Shown here one piece after another: positions 47,023-56,955 of a DNA stretch of 64,000 bases. A program made the position numbers and the translations under genes. This DNA is from Chitinophagales bacterium (GTDB lineage Bacteria > Bacteroidota > Bacteroidia > Chitinophagales > BACL12). The notes beneath the pieces were generated by a model that ran no database searches, was not told where the DNA came from, and worked only from the letters and a program-made list of their open reading frames with translations. The stretch is taken from contig JBGAWP010000011.1 of assembly GCA_044227505.1 (NCBI GenBank), positions 424 to 64,423 of the forward strand. Direction: 5' to 3'. Every line of letters begins with the position of its first letter. Positions within the stretch are counted from its first letter, which is position 1.

Positions 47023-49890
47023 ATGTCAAGGAATCTTAAAATTGCATTTTTCCTAATTATTTCAGGTATTTCCGCCAATAATTTTGCTCAGTCAGGCACA
47101 ATAGCCGGAGTAATAATTGATGCTGATAATTCTGAAACATTAATTGGTGCTACTGTTAATGTTGAAAATGCGGCAGGTTTTATTACGGGAACAGATATTG
47201 ACGGGAGATATAATATTTCGGGATTAAATTCAGGCACTTATACACTAAAAATAACTTATGTTTCTTATGAAACAAAAATAATAGAGGGCGTTAATGTAGA
47301 AAATAATAAAGTAACCACAGTTGATATTGCATTAAATACGGAATTTAAAAGTGCATTGGGAGATTCCCTTCAGCTGATCATTAAAGGGAAACCCGGGCAG
47401 GAAACGATCAATGCAGTTTTAACGATTCAAAAAAACAATATTGGTCCCTCAGAGGTGTTATCACGAGATGTTATTTCTCGTTCTCCGGCAAAAACCACCG
47501 GCGATGCATTAAAAATGATGAGTGCAACTTCCATTGTTGATCAAAAATTTGTAGTGATACGCGGGTTAAGCGATAGATATAATCTTGCACTTGTTAATGG
47601 AAATTTATTGCCAAGTACAGAACCCGACAGAAAAACATTTGCTTTCGATTTGTTCCCTTCTGCAATGCTGGATAATTTAATTGTGTATAAATCAGCTCAA
47701 CCGAATTTGCCGGGAGATTTTGCAGGTGGAATTATTTCGATGAATACCAGAGATATACCTGATCAAAACTTCTTTTCCATTTCAGCAGGTGTGGGTTATA
47801 ATACAATTAGCACATTTAAAGAATATTATAGTTATACCGGAGGCAAAACGGATTGGCTGGGAATTGATGACGGAATACGTCAGTTACCGGATGCATTTCC
47901 TGCCACACGAGATGAATTCGTTGATATTCCACTTGAAGAAAAAGCAAACCTGGGCAAAGAATTTTCGCCATGGGGGGCTTTTAGCAATCCATCGGCACCG
48001 GTTGACCAAAGCTATCAATTATCGGGTGGTTTGATTAAAAAATTAAAAGGAGCAGGCGAATTTGGGTTGATTGGAGCATTAACTTACAATAATTCCTTTG
48101 TTACAAATCTTTCTGAGCGCAAAGATTTTGATAATGAGACCACACCGCTTTATGAATATGAGGATGAACAATTTAAAAACAACATTTTATGGGGTGGATT
48201 ATTTAATCTTTCCTTTAAAGCAAACGATAATAATAAGTTCACTTTAAAAAATTCTTATTCTGTTAATTCAACGGATATTACAACAATGCGAAGCGGAATT
48301 AATTATTCAAAGGCAGCATATGTTCAGAACGAATATTATTATTTCAGTTCAAATCAATTATTTTCCACTATTTTAGGAGGAGATCATTACTTACCGGGAT
48401 CAAAATTAAAAGCGAAATGGGGTGTTGGTGTAAATACACTTGTGCGTGATCAACCAAACTATAGAACTGTTAATTACTTAAAAAACATTACGCCTGCATT
48501 TGAGGGAGATACTTCTTTTCAAACATCGCCTTCTCCCTTTGCATCACCCGATAATATGGGAATATTTTATTCTTATATGGATGAACAAACCTATTCTGCA
48601 AATTTAGACCTTACGTATCCATTTCTTATTGGCGAAACAAAACAAACACTCGGATTCGGAGGAGGATATATGTTGAAAGACAGAGTATTTAATGCACGCA
48701 GCATGGGAGTTGCAACATCAAACGACATATTTTTTAATCCAAATTATTTTGCAATTGTTGCAATGTCGCCGGCCGATCAATTTGCTCCGGAAAATTTTTC
48801 AGATAGTTTATATTATATAGATGAAACAACGAACGCATCTGATAGTTATACAGCGCAACAAACAAATAAATCAGCATATATTATGCTGGATAATAAAGTT
48901 GGAAAAGATCTTAGAATTGTTTGGGGTGTTCGCAGCGAATTTTTTGTACAAACCTTAAGTTCGTTTGAATATACAGCCAATCCAAATCCGGAACCCATTG
49001 AAGTAAATACCGCTGAAACGGATAGTCTTGGATTGCGATTTGATCTGCTGCCTTCCATAAATATTACCTATGCGTTAAATGAAAAATCCAATATTCGGGT
49101 TTCCGGGTATAAAACAGTAGCACGTCCGGAATTAAGAGAATTAGCACCTTTTGGTTTTTATGATATAGAAACCAATTCCAGTATCATTGGAAATCCTTCA
49201 TTACTTGCAACCGATATCTATAATGCAGATATTAAAGCCGAACATTTTTTCGGAGCTGGCCAAATTATTTCTGCAGGTGTATTTTATAAAAGATTTATTA
49301 ATCCAATAGGGCAGCGATTCTTTTTTGGAACTGCACGTGAATTAAAACCTGTAAATGATTCTTTGGCAACAGTATATGGGGTAGAATTTGAAATGCGTAA
49401 AAATTTAGCATTTATTAACCGCAGCGCAAAAGTTCTGGAGCAATTTACTTTCAGCACTAACCTGTCACTTATCAGATTTAACACCTTATTACATGTAGCC
49501 GATACAGCACTGGCCGGAACTTCTGAAAGACAATTGCAAGGCCAGTCCGATTATGTAATGAATTTTGGCCTTACATATATTAACCCTGATAACGGATTAT
49601 CTGTTACAGCCTTATTTAATCAGATAGGCCGCAGAATTTCTGAATACGGAAATGCACAATACGATAATATCTATGAAAATCCAAGACCTCTTTTTGATGC
49701 CCAGATATCAATTCCTTTCCTCGATGAAAAAGGTTCTGTTAAAATAAATGTGAGTGATCTTTTAAATAAAAATGCAATCTTTTATCAGGATCTTGATGAG
49801 GATGGAAAATATGATGAAAACATAGACAACACTATTCGGAGCATCGACAGCGGTGCAAAAGTATCATTATCTATTAATTACAAATTTTAA
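47023..49890 (+). CDS. TonB-dependent receptor with N-terminal carboxypeptidase-regulatory-like domain
   Basis: GTIAGVIIDADNSETLIGATVNVE...DGRYNISGLNSGTYTLKITYVSYE, a plug region (VVIRGLSDRYN..LVNG) and a C-terminal beta-barrel ending ..SLSINYKF. Confidence 0.93.
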   Translation: MSRNLKIAFFLIISGISANNFAQSGTIAGVIIDADNSETLIGATVNVENAAGFITGTDIDGRYNISGLNSGTYTLKITYVSYETKIIEGVNVENNKVTTVDIALNTEFKSALGDSLQLIIKGKPGQETINAVLTIQKNNIGPSEVLSRDVISRSPAKTTGDALKMMSATSIVDQKFVVIRGLSDRYNLALVNGNLLPSTEPDRKTFAFDLFPSAMLDNLIVYKSAQPNLPGDFAGGIISMNTRDIPDQNFFSISAGVGYNTISTFKEYYSYTGGKTDWLGIDDGIRQLPDAFPATRDEFVDIPLEEKANLGKEFSPWGAFSNPSAPVDQSYQLSGGLIKKLKGAGEFGLIGALTYNNSFVTNLSERKDFDNETTPLYEYEDEQFKNNILWGGLFNLSFKANDNNKFTLKNSYSVNSTDITTMRSGINYSKAAYVQNEYYYFSSNQLFSTILGGDHYLPGSKLKAKWGVGVNTLVRDQPNYRTVNYLKNITPAFEGDTSFQTSPSPFASPDNMGIFYSYMDEQTYSANLDLTYPFLIGETKQTLGFGGGYMLKDRVFNARSMGVATSNDIFFNPNYFAIVAMSPADQFAPENFSDSLYYIDETTNASDSYTAQQTNKSAYIMLDNKVGKDLRIVWGVRSEFFVQTLSSFEYTANPNPEPIEVNTAETDSLGLRFDLLPSINITYALNEKSNIRVSGYKTVARPELRELAPFGFYDIETNSSIIGNPSLLATDIYNADIKAEHFFGAGQIISAGVFYKRFINPIGQRFFFGTARELKPVNDSLATVYGVEFEMRKNLAFINRSAKVLEQFTFSTNLSLIRFNTLLHVADTALAGTSERQLQGQSDYVMNFGLTYINPDNGLSVTALFNQIGRRISEYGNAQYDNIYENPRPLFDAQISIPFLDEKGSVKINVSDLLNKNAIFYQDLDEDGKYDENIDNTIRSIDSGAKVSLSINYKF

Positions 49891-49900
49891 AACTAGTATT

Positions 49901-51769
49901 ATGAAAAAACTGCAATTAACATTAACAATTTTCTCCTTGCTGTTTATTACAGCATTTACAAACGCACAATTACCTACCTACACTTTATCAGGTGAAATTT
50001 CCGGCATCACAAGAAATCTTGTGAATGATACCGTGTATATTTTAAATGGTTTTGTTTATGTGGAAGACGGCGCAACATTAAATATTGAGCCGGGAACTAT
50101 CATTCGTGGTGATAAAGATTCAAAAGGAACTTTGATCATAACACGAGGTTCAAAAATTTATGCAAATGGTACTGTCGACCAGCCGATAGTTTTCACCAGT
50201 AATCAGGCAGAAGGTGCAAGAAATTATGGCGACTGGGGTGGCTTGATCATTTTAGGTGATGCGCCGATCAATGTACCGGGTGGTGTAGCTGTAATTGAAG
50301 GTGGTGTTGATACACCGGAAGGTGATGCTTCTTATGGCGGAGCAAATGCTGCGGATAATTCAGGTGCACTGGTTTATGTGCGTATTGAATATCCAGGCAT
50401 CGCATTTGTTCCCGGAAATGAGATCAATGGCCTTACTTGCGGAGGCGTTGGTAACGGAACAATTATAGATCATGTGATGGTGAGTCGCTCTGGTGATGAT
50501 GCATTTGAATTTTTTGGAGGAACAGTGAATGCCAATTATTTAATTGCTCACAATACCTATGACGACGATTTTGATACTGACTTTGGATTTTCAGGAAAGA
50601 TTCAATTCGGCTTAGTAAAACGCGATCCTAATTTTGCGGATGTATCCGGTTCAAATGGTTTTGAAAGTGATAACGATGCAACAGGAAGTACAAATTCGCC
50701 TCAAACAAATCCAACTTTTAGTAATATTACTGTTATAGGTGCAATTCAAAATGCCGGAGATATTATTAATGTAAATTACAAACGCGGCGCCCATTTACGC
50801 AGAAATACTTCTACTGATATTTTTAATTCCGTAATTGTAGGTTACCCTAGCGGATTAATGATCGACGGTGCATTATGTGAAGCAAGTGCTTTAGCAAATA
50901 CGCTTAAAGTACAAAATACCGTAATTGCAGGTCACAATAATGATTTTGAAGTAGCCGTGGGAAGCACCTTTGATGCAGCAGCATGGTTTAATACGCCTGC
51001 TTATAGTAATACTATATATGATCTCAGCAGCGATATTATGTTAACAGATGCATATAATGTTACATCACCTAATTGTGTACCGATGCCGGGATCTCCATTA
51101 TTAACAGGTGCATCGTTTGCAGCACCGGAATTAGCAGGATTTACAAATGTAGCTTATCGCGGTGCATTTGGTGCTTTGAACTGGACATCTTGTTGGGCTA
51201 ACTGGGATCCGCAAAATACAAATTATGGTGAGGTACCGGGAACAATCGCACCTGCAATATCATCTTTTACATATGATAATTCGGGGCTGACTGTAACCTT
51301 TGTAAATACTTCATCAAATGCAGTTTCTTATTTGTGGGATTTTGGGGATCCATTATCTGATCTTGATTTTAGCACCGAAGCAAATCCAACATATACCTAT
51401 ACCGATCTTGGTATTTTTAATGTGACATTAACTGCTGTTGGTACTTGTGCCGATGTGAATGTTTCTGAACAACAACTCAACTTTTCCGTCGCAATATCAG
51501 ATTTAACCGGAATTAATGCAATTAGTATTTATCCAAACCCTGCGTCTGATGTAATTAATACAAATATAATTGCTTCCGAAAATTTTGATGCGATAATTTC
51601 GGTGCTTGATATTACAGGAAAAGTAATTCTGCCTGTATTAAATAAATCAATAATAAAGGGTGATAATAATTTGATGATAAATACCAATTCATTATCATCA
51701 GGACTATATTTCATATCCGTATCAAACGGAGTTGAACAATCCATACAAAAAATACTCATAACAAAATAA
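49901..51769 (+). CDS. Secreted beta-helix protein (paralog B) with PKD domain and T9SS C-terminal domain (start moved to MKKLQLTL at 49901)
   Basis: It shares long blocks with paralog A (GFVYVEDGATL, PIVFTS, YGDWGG, PGNEINGLT, SGDDAFE.FGGTVNA, FDTDFG, SGSNGFESDNDATGS, INVNYKRGAH.RRNT). The PKD block is FVNTSSNAVSYLWDFGD. The tail is IYPNPASDVI...GLYFISV. Confidence 0.85.
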   Translation: MKKLQLTLTIFSLLFITAFTNAQLPTYTLSGEISGITRNLVNDTVYILNGFVYVEDGATLNIEPGTIIRGDKDSKGTLIITRGSKIYANGTVDQPIVFTSNQAEGARNYGDWGGLIILGDAPINVPGGVAVIEGGVDTPEGDASYGGANAADNSGALVYVRIEYPGIAFVPGNEINGLTCGGVGNGTIIDHVMVSRSGDDAFEFFGGTVNANYLIAHNTYDDDFDTDFGFSGKIQFGLVKRDPNFADVSGSNGFESDNDATGSTNSPQTNPTFSNITVIGAIQNAGDIINVNYKRGAHLRRNTSTDIFNSVIVGYPSGLMIDGALCEASALANTLKVQNTVIAGHNNDFEVAVGSTFDAAAWFNTPAYSNTIYDLSSDIMLTDAYNVTSPNCVPMPGSPLLTGASFAAPELAGFTNVAYRGAFGALNWTSCWANWDPQNTNYGEVPGTIAPAISSFTYDNSGLTVTFVNTSSNAVSYLWDFGDPLSDLDFSTEANPTYTYTDLGIFNVTLTAVGTCADVNVSEQQLNFSVAISDLTGINAISIYPNPASDVINTNIIASENFDAIISVLDITGKVILPVLNKSIIKGDNNLMINTNSLSSGLYFISVSNGVEQSIQKILITK

Positions 51770-51790
51770 TAATAAAATTTCGTTTAACAG

Positions 51791-51820
51791 ACCCGGCAGA
51801 GTAATTTGCCGGGTTTTTTT
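51791..51820 (+). terminator. Rho-independent terminator
   Basis: Stem cccggca/tgccggg followed by a T7 run. Confidence 0.8.
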
Positions 51821-51870
51821 GTTCCTATTTGCTACCTTAGTGTTTTGTATTAAATACAAATCAGGTAAAA

Positions 51871-53241
51871 ATGAGGTATAAATACCTTTTGATAATAGTA
51901 TTTACATTACTAATAATGTGCAATCATATTCAAGCACAGCTGACCATACCATCTGAAATTTGGGACAGTGTGAAAACCAATACGCACCCGGTTATTGAAG
52001 CAGGCTTTGCCGATCAGTATGAAACGCCTTATCGAATGCCATTGGCAGATTATGGATGGGAAGATGGATTGCAGATATCTGCAGATGGCCTTCATCTTTA
52101 TGCTTTATATGCACCTGCTGATCTTTTATCCTGGATCGATTATATAAACTTAAATATCGCCCTCCCACCCTGCGATATTTTTGGCACAGGAGCTTTCCTG
52201 CGAAACTATGCTGATGATCATGGTATGGATATGACAACTAATATTTTTGGTTGTGACACCGCTTTAAATATTGATATTTTATATGCGCATAGAAATAATT
52301 TGGACGAAAATTTTATTTCCTGGGAATTATCCGGGATGCAAAGACCCGCATTTATAGAAGGCGGACCTTTTCCTTTACAATCGTCAGCAGATCCAAATGT
52401 TGCTGACCATTTTTTATTTACAGGAAATAATGACATCTGGATGATCAATAATACAAGTATAAATCCTGAAAATATAGCATCAGCCATTCGGCTCCCTGTA
52501 CCCATTAATCCTGCTTTGGATGAGTTTTCTGCTGATAATCCCATATTAAAAAGAATAAATAATTCAGATACCCTTTTACTTATTTATGAAAAATACACCG
52601 ATGGCGCTTTGCGTGATTTTATGTATGTATTCAGTTATGATGATGGACTTTCATGGGATGAACCGACACTTATTTCTACATTAAATAATGATGCAGGCCA
52701 TTTGGAAACACCTCAATTATATTTTGATGGAATAAACACCTATTTATATTATGGCCGCAACTTTGATATCTATCGATCGCGACAGGCTATACCAAACAAT
52801 TGGGATAGCTGGGTTGAAGAAGAAATGGTAATTTCAAAAGGAAATGCACTCGCCTTGGGTGAACCTTCCTTTGCACCAAATGGAGATATGAGTTTTGTGG
52901 TAGCTTATCACAATACAAATACTACAAATCCGAACGACCGCTTCGATGCGGATCCATGGTATGTAAAAAATAATTTTCCGCCAAATAATATTATTTCATC
53001 TGTTGCAGAAATGGTTCTCAAAGTTTTTCCAAATCCAACCTCTGATGAAATATTTATTGATGTATTTAATCAGGATATTTATTCACTTTCCATATCCGAT
53101 TTACATGGAAGTAAAACGATTTCGATAAAACATCCTGAAAATAAAATTAATGTTAGTGGTCTGAAATCCGGTATATATTTTATGGAGATAATAACCGAGT
53201 CAGGAGTAATGTTAAACAATAAATTTGTTATTGCTCATTAA
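51871..53241 (+). CDS. Hypothetical secreted protein, BNR/sialidase-like fold suspected, with T9SS C-terminal domain
   Basis: It has a signal peptide and an Asp-box-like YDDGLSWDEP. The tail is VFPNPTSDEIFIDV...GIYFMEI. Confidence 0.7.
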   Translation: MRYKYLLIIVFTLLIMCNHIQAQLTIPSEIWDSVKTNTHPVIEAGFADQYETPYRMPLADYGWEDGLQISADGLHLYALYAPADLLSWIDYINLNIALPPCDIFGTGAFLRNYADDHGMDMTTNIFGCDTALNIDILYAHRNNLDENFISWELSGMQRPAFIEGGPFPLQSSADPNVADHFLFTGNNDIWMINNTSINPENIASAIRLPVPINPALDEFSADNPILKRINNSDTLLLIYEKYTDGALRDFMYVFSYDDGLSWDEPTLISTLNNDAGHLETPQLYFDGINTYLYYGRNFDIYRSRQAIPNNWDSWVEEEMVISKGNALALGEPSFAPNGDMSFVVAYHNTNTTNPNDRFDADPWYVKNNFPPNNIISSVAEMVLKVFPNPTSDEIFIDVFNQDIYSLSISDLHGSKTISIKHPENKINVSGLKSGIYFMEIITESGVMLNNKFVIAH

Positions 53242-53246
53242 ATAAA

Positions 53247-53606
53247 ATGTCGCAATTTATAACTAAACCTAACTTGCTTGTTGTTTGCGGTCGGAACAAA
53301 CGCCGAAGCAGAACAGCGGAATATTTATATAAAAACGACAGTAGGATACGTATCAAAAGTGCCGGATTAAGTGCACAAAGTGAAGTGGTTATAAATTCCA
53401 AGCTCGTGGAATGGGCAGATCTGATAATTGTAATGGATAACAGCCAGAAAACCCGGATTCAAGATCAATTCAGAACCCTCAATGTTCCTCGTATCGAAAA
53501 TATTAATATTGCGGATGAGTATGAATATCTGGATCCGGAGTTGATTGAGCTATTGAAGAGCAGAATTGAGAATATTTTAGCAAGTATTTCTATATTTGGG
53601 CACTAA
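53247..53606 (+). CDS. Low-molecular-weight protein tyrosine phosphatase family protein (COG4551-like)
   Basis: The P-loop LLVVCGRNKRRSRTAE fits C-X5-R-S. Downstream is D(L)IIVMD. Confidence 0.72.
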   Translation: MSQFITKPNLLVVCGRNKRRSRTAEYLYKNDSRIRIKSAGLSAQSEVVINSKLVEWADLIIVMDNSQKTRIQDQFRTLNVPRIENINIADEYEYLDPELIELLKSRIENILASISIFGH

Positions 53607-53625
53607 ACCACAATTTACCTCCATT

Positions 53626-54294
53626 ATGTTATTAATTTACGGAAGGAAAAAAGCGAAGATCAAAACACATTACGACAATGCAGGCAAATGCACAACGTGT
53701 AATGCCCATGATCTCAAATTTGATATTTACAGAGAGTATTTTCATATTTTTTGGATTCCATTTTTTCCTTTAGGACCAAAAGAAACCATTGTTACCTGCA
53801 CAAAATGCGGGCATGGAAATAATTCAAGCGAACGATTGGAAAATTATGAGGCTTTAACAAGAACACCCATTTATTTATTTTCCGGGGTATTCCTTGTAAT
53901 TTGTTTAATTACATGGATCACCATCAATTCCCAAAATGTTTCTAAACAGAAGTCTGCTTTGGTTTCCTCCCCTCAGGTTGGCGATATTTATTGCATGCGA
54001 TCAGAGGAGAATAGTTCCATGTACTATTATTTAAGGGTAGCAAGATTGAATTCAGATTCCGTTTTTTTATACCCTAATGTATACGAATATAGCATTCCGG
54101 TTTCCACTTTGGATAAAGCGGATCATTTTATTTCGCTGGAAATATATTATAAAAAATCAGATTTAAATCTACTGCTCGATAACGGGGGGATAAATTCTGT
54201 AAAAAGAGAGTATAAAGAATCGTCCGGGTACAATAGAATTTTAAAACCGGAGGATGATTCTGTTTTTCTTAAAATGATGTTGGAGACGATATAA
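53626..54294 (+). CDS. Zinc-ribbon domain membrane protein (ATG at 53626 preferred over the TTG at 53596)
   Basis: CTTC...17 aa...CTKCGH gives a CxxC pair, followed by one TM segment (IYLFSGVFLVICLITWITI). Confidence 0.6.
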   Translation: MLLIYGRKKAKIKTHYDNAGKCTTCNAHDLKFDIYREYFHIFWIPFFPLGPKETIVTCTKCGHGNNSSERLENYEALTRTPIYLFSGVFLVICLITWITINSQNVSKQKSALVSSPQVGDIYCMRSEENSSMYYYLRVARLNSDSVFLYPNVYEYSIPVSTLDKADHFISLEIYYKKSDLNLLLDNGGINSVKREYKESSGYNRILKPEDDSVFLKMMLETI

Positions 54295-54874
54295 GGAGCC
54301 AAATCCAAAAACAGCATAAAATTTTAGAATGACAAAAATTCATGCAAACAAATTGAGTGTAGTGTACAAACAATGCCCTTAATTTCCATAGTAGAAGTGT
54401 ACTTTATAAATTTATCACACCTTAGAATTGTATAATCCTTTGTTTAATTCAAAATTGACCACACAATGTAATTACACTATTAAATTAAAAGATATTGACA
54501 GGCAATATGCAGCAAAAACAATATATTATCCAAAAGTTGAATCGAGAGTATTTACCGCAAATTGGGTTATACCCCAGCTACCCTGTCCTAATAAATTCCA
54601 ACTGACAAACATCAATTGAATATTTGATGAAAATCATTCTGTGCTGAATGATTTAAGCATAACTTTAAGCATTATTACTGACTAAAATTCATTCATGTGA
54701 TATAGTTCAGATATATACTTGAATGTAATTGGTCAGTTAGCACTATAATCTTTATACATTGGTATTGTTTGATCAGCACAAACCTATTTTGCAGAACAAT
54801 TTAATAAATATCAGAATTTGGGGTTAAGTTTTTTTCGGGTAAGGTGGAGTTTTTAATTTTATAATATTTTTAAC

Positions 54875-55969
54875 ATGAAAAATATAAGTATTCAAACAGA
54901 AGTTGATGCTAGTTTTTTATATCAAAAATTAGCTGAGCATGAAAAAGATATCACTATAGCAGGTGTTTTTAAAAAAATGAGTGAAATAGAAAAAGGTCAT
55001 GCTGAGGCATTTGCTAGAAAACAGAATATGGATCTTACTTTACTCATGCAACCTTCATGGAGGGCCAAGACGATAAATTTGATCGGCAAAATATTTGGAT
55101 ATGATTATGTTTTAGGAGTTTTGTTAGAAACAGAAAAAGGAATATCCAGGTCAATAGTTGCCACAAAAGAAAAACAATCTCAAAAAATTACAGGTACAGA
55201 AACAGCACATGTAAAAATATTGCGCAATATTCTTGATCAGGAAACAACGATATCAGGTCAACAATTAAGCAGATTTGAAAAAAAACACCGTTCTGTTGGT
55301 GGAAATGCAATAAGAGCTGCGGTATTGGGAGGCAATGATGGACTGGTTTCGAATTTTAGCCTTGTTATGGGAATTGCAGGTGCTACTTCGGGACAGGAGG
55401 GTGTTTTACTTGCAGGCTTAGCCGGCTTATTGGCAGGCGCATTATCAATGTCGCTGGGTGAATGGATCTCAGTAAAAAGCTCACAGGAATTATATGAAAA
55501 TCAGATGCAAATTGAAATGGAGGAGTTGGAATCAAATCCCGAAGGGGAACAAAAGGAATTAGCACTTATTTACATTACAAAAGGGATTCCTGCACAACAA
55601 GCCCACGAAATGGCAGCTTCAATAATGCAAAATAAAGAACAGGCGCATGATTTACTAGTTAAAGAAGAGTTGGGTATTAATGCGGAGGAAATAAAAGGAT
55701 CTGCTGTTGAGGCTGCAATATACTCCTTTATTCTATTTGCTATCGGCGCTGTAATTCCAGTTATCCCATTTATGTTTTTAAGTGGTACAAATGCAATTAT
55801 TTTAAGTGTAACTGCAAGTGCAGCGGGACTTTTTTTAATAGGTGCCGCTATTACGTTATTCACTAGAAAAAATGTGTGGTATTCCGGTTTTCGTCAAGTG
55901 CTTTTTGGACTTGCAGCAGCAGCAATTACCTTTGGCATCGGATCATTGATAGGAGTTGCAATAGCTTGA
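54875..55969 (+). CDS. mbfA: VIT1/CCC1-family iron/manganese transporter with N-terminal ferritin-like (erythrin) domain, MbfA-like
   Basis: N-terminal FLYQKLAE...EKGHAEAF. The VIT1 core is GGNDGLVSNFSLVMGIAGA, with C-terminal TM helices. Confidence 0.85.
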   Translation: MKNISIQTEVDASFLYQKLAEHEKDITIAGVFKKMSEIEKGHAEAFARKQNMDLTLLMQPSWRAKTINLIGKIFGYDYVLGVLLETEKGISRSIVATKEKQSQKITGTETAHVKILRNILDQETTISGQQLSRFEKKHRSVGGNAIRAAVLGGNDGLVSNFSLVMGIAGATSGQEGVLLAGLAGLLAGALSMSLGEWISVKSSQELYENQMQIEMEELESNPEGEQKELALIYITKGIPAQQAHEMAASIMQNKEQAHDLLVKEELGINAEEIKGSAVEAAIYSFILFAIGAVIPVIPFMFLSGTNAIILSVTASAAGLFLIGAAITLFTRKNVWYSGFRQVLFGLAAAAITFGIGSLIGVAIA

Positions 55970-55982
55970 AATATAAAATTAT

Positions 55983-56675
55983 TTATAATTTTATTGTATT
56001 CATACCACCATCCACTGCAATTATTTGCCCGGTGATCCAGTTTGATCTTTCACTTAGCAAAAATTCCATAGCATTAGCGGTATTTTCTGCCTCTCCTACT
56101 TTTTTTAGCGGATTGCGATTTTGAGCCGCCTCCAATTTTTCTGCTGTATTAATAAATTTTTCTCCAAGTGGAGTATTTGTTAAGGATGGCGCTATACAAT
56201 TAACTCGAATGGAAGGGGCTAATTCTGCAGCCAGCGACTTTGTAAGCGCTTCTACAGCTCCTTTTGCCATTGCAATGGAACTATGAAAAGGCATTCCTAT
56301 CGCCACGGCAACAGTACTTATAAAAATTATGGAACCGCCTCCGTTTGATTTTATATTTGGTAAATATTTTTGAGTAAAAGCAACTGCGCCTAAGCAGTTT
56401 ATTTGATAATCCCGAATAAAATCATTTTGAGTTAAACGGGGAAAGGGTTTTAAATTAATAGTGCCTGGAAAATATATCAGACCTTTAATTGGTTCTGCAA
56501 TTTCCGGAAAATAAGAATGTTCATACTTTTCAATTGTATAGAATTGATCGTACTCGTAATTTTCATTTTTTGTAGAAATACCGATTACCGTATGCTCATT
56601 TTGTTTTAATATACGTGCAGTTTCTTTGGCAATTTTACTGGATGCACCAGCGAAAAGATAAATTTCTGAAGACAT
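55983..56675 (-). CDS. SDR-family oxidoreductase
   Basis: Rossmann N-terminus (YLFAGASSKIAKETA), NCLGAV, and the active-site region SSIAMAKGAVEALTKSLAAEL..IRVNCIAP. The usual catalytic Tyr is not obvious. Confidence 0.82.
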   Translation of the reverse strand: MSSEIYLFAGASSKIAKETARILKQNEHTVIGISTKNENYEYDQFYTIEKYEHSYFPEIAEPIKGLIYFPGTINLKPFPRLTQNDFIRDYQINCLGAVAFTQKYLPNIKSNGGGSIIFISTVAVAIGMPFHSSIAMAKGAVEALTKSLAAELAPSIRVNCIAPSLTNTPLGEKFINTAEKLEAAQNRNPLKKVGEAENTANAMEFLLSERSNWITGQIIAVDGGMNTIKL

Positions 56676-56955
56676 TAATAAATATTATAAATTTGAATGA
56701 AAGTGCTATACCATACATTTTAAAAATTCTACATTAAATTCTCTGTGGCTATAGATACCAAGAAGACCTTGTGTTTTAACAGTATACGAATCAAAATGTT
56801 TATATCAATATAGATTTAGTTCAGATAATCTATATTTTAAATCAGAAAGTGGTGATTATGAATTACATCTTCATTTTCGGATAAAATTTGCAATTAATAG
56901 CGCAACTTTTAAACAATATGTTTAATAAGTTGTTTAGCAGTGGAATAACCTTATT

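Noticed and set aside
56676-56955. yybP-ykoY (Mn) riboswitch in front of the TerC-family gene
   Set aside because: The 280-nt leader is AT-rich. I could not find the conserved GGGGAGTAG / four-way-junction segments, but only a covariance-model scan would be decisive.
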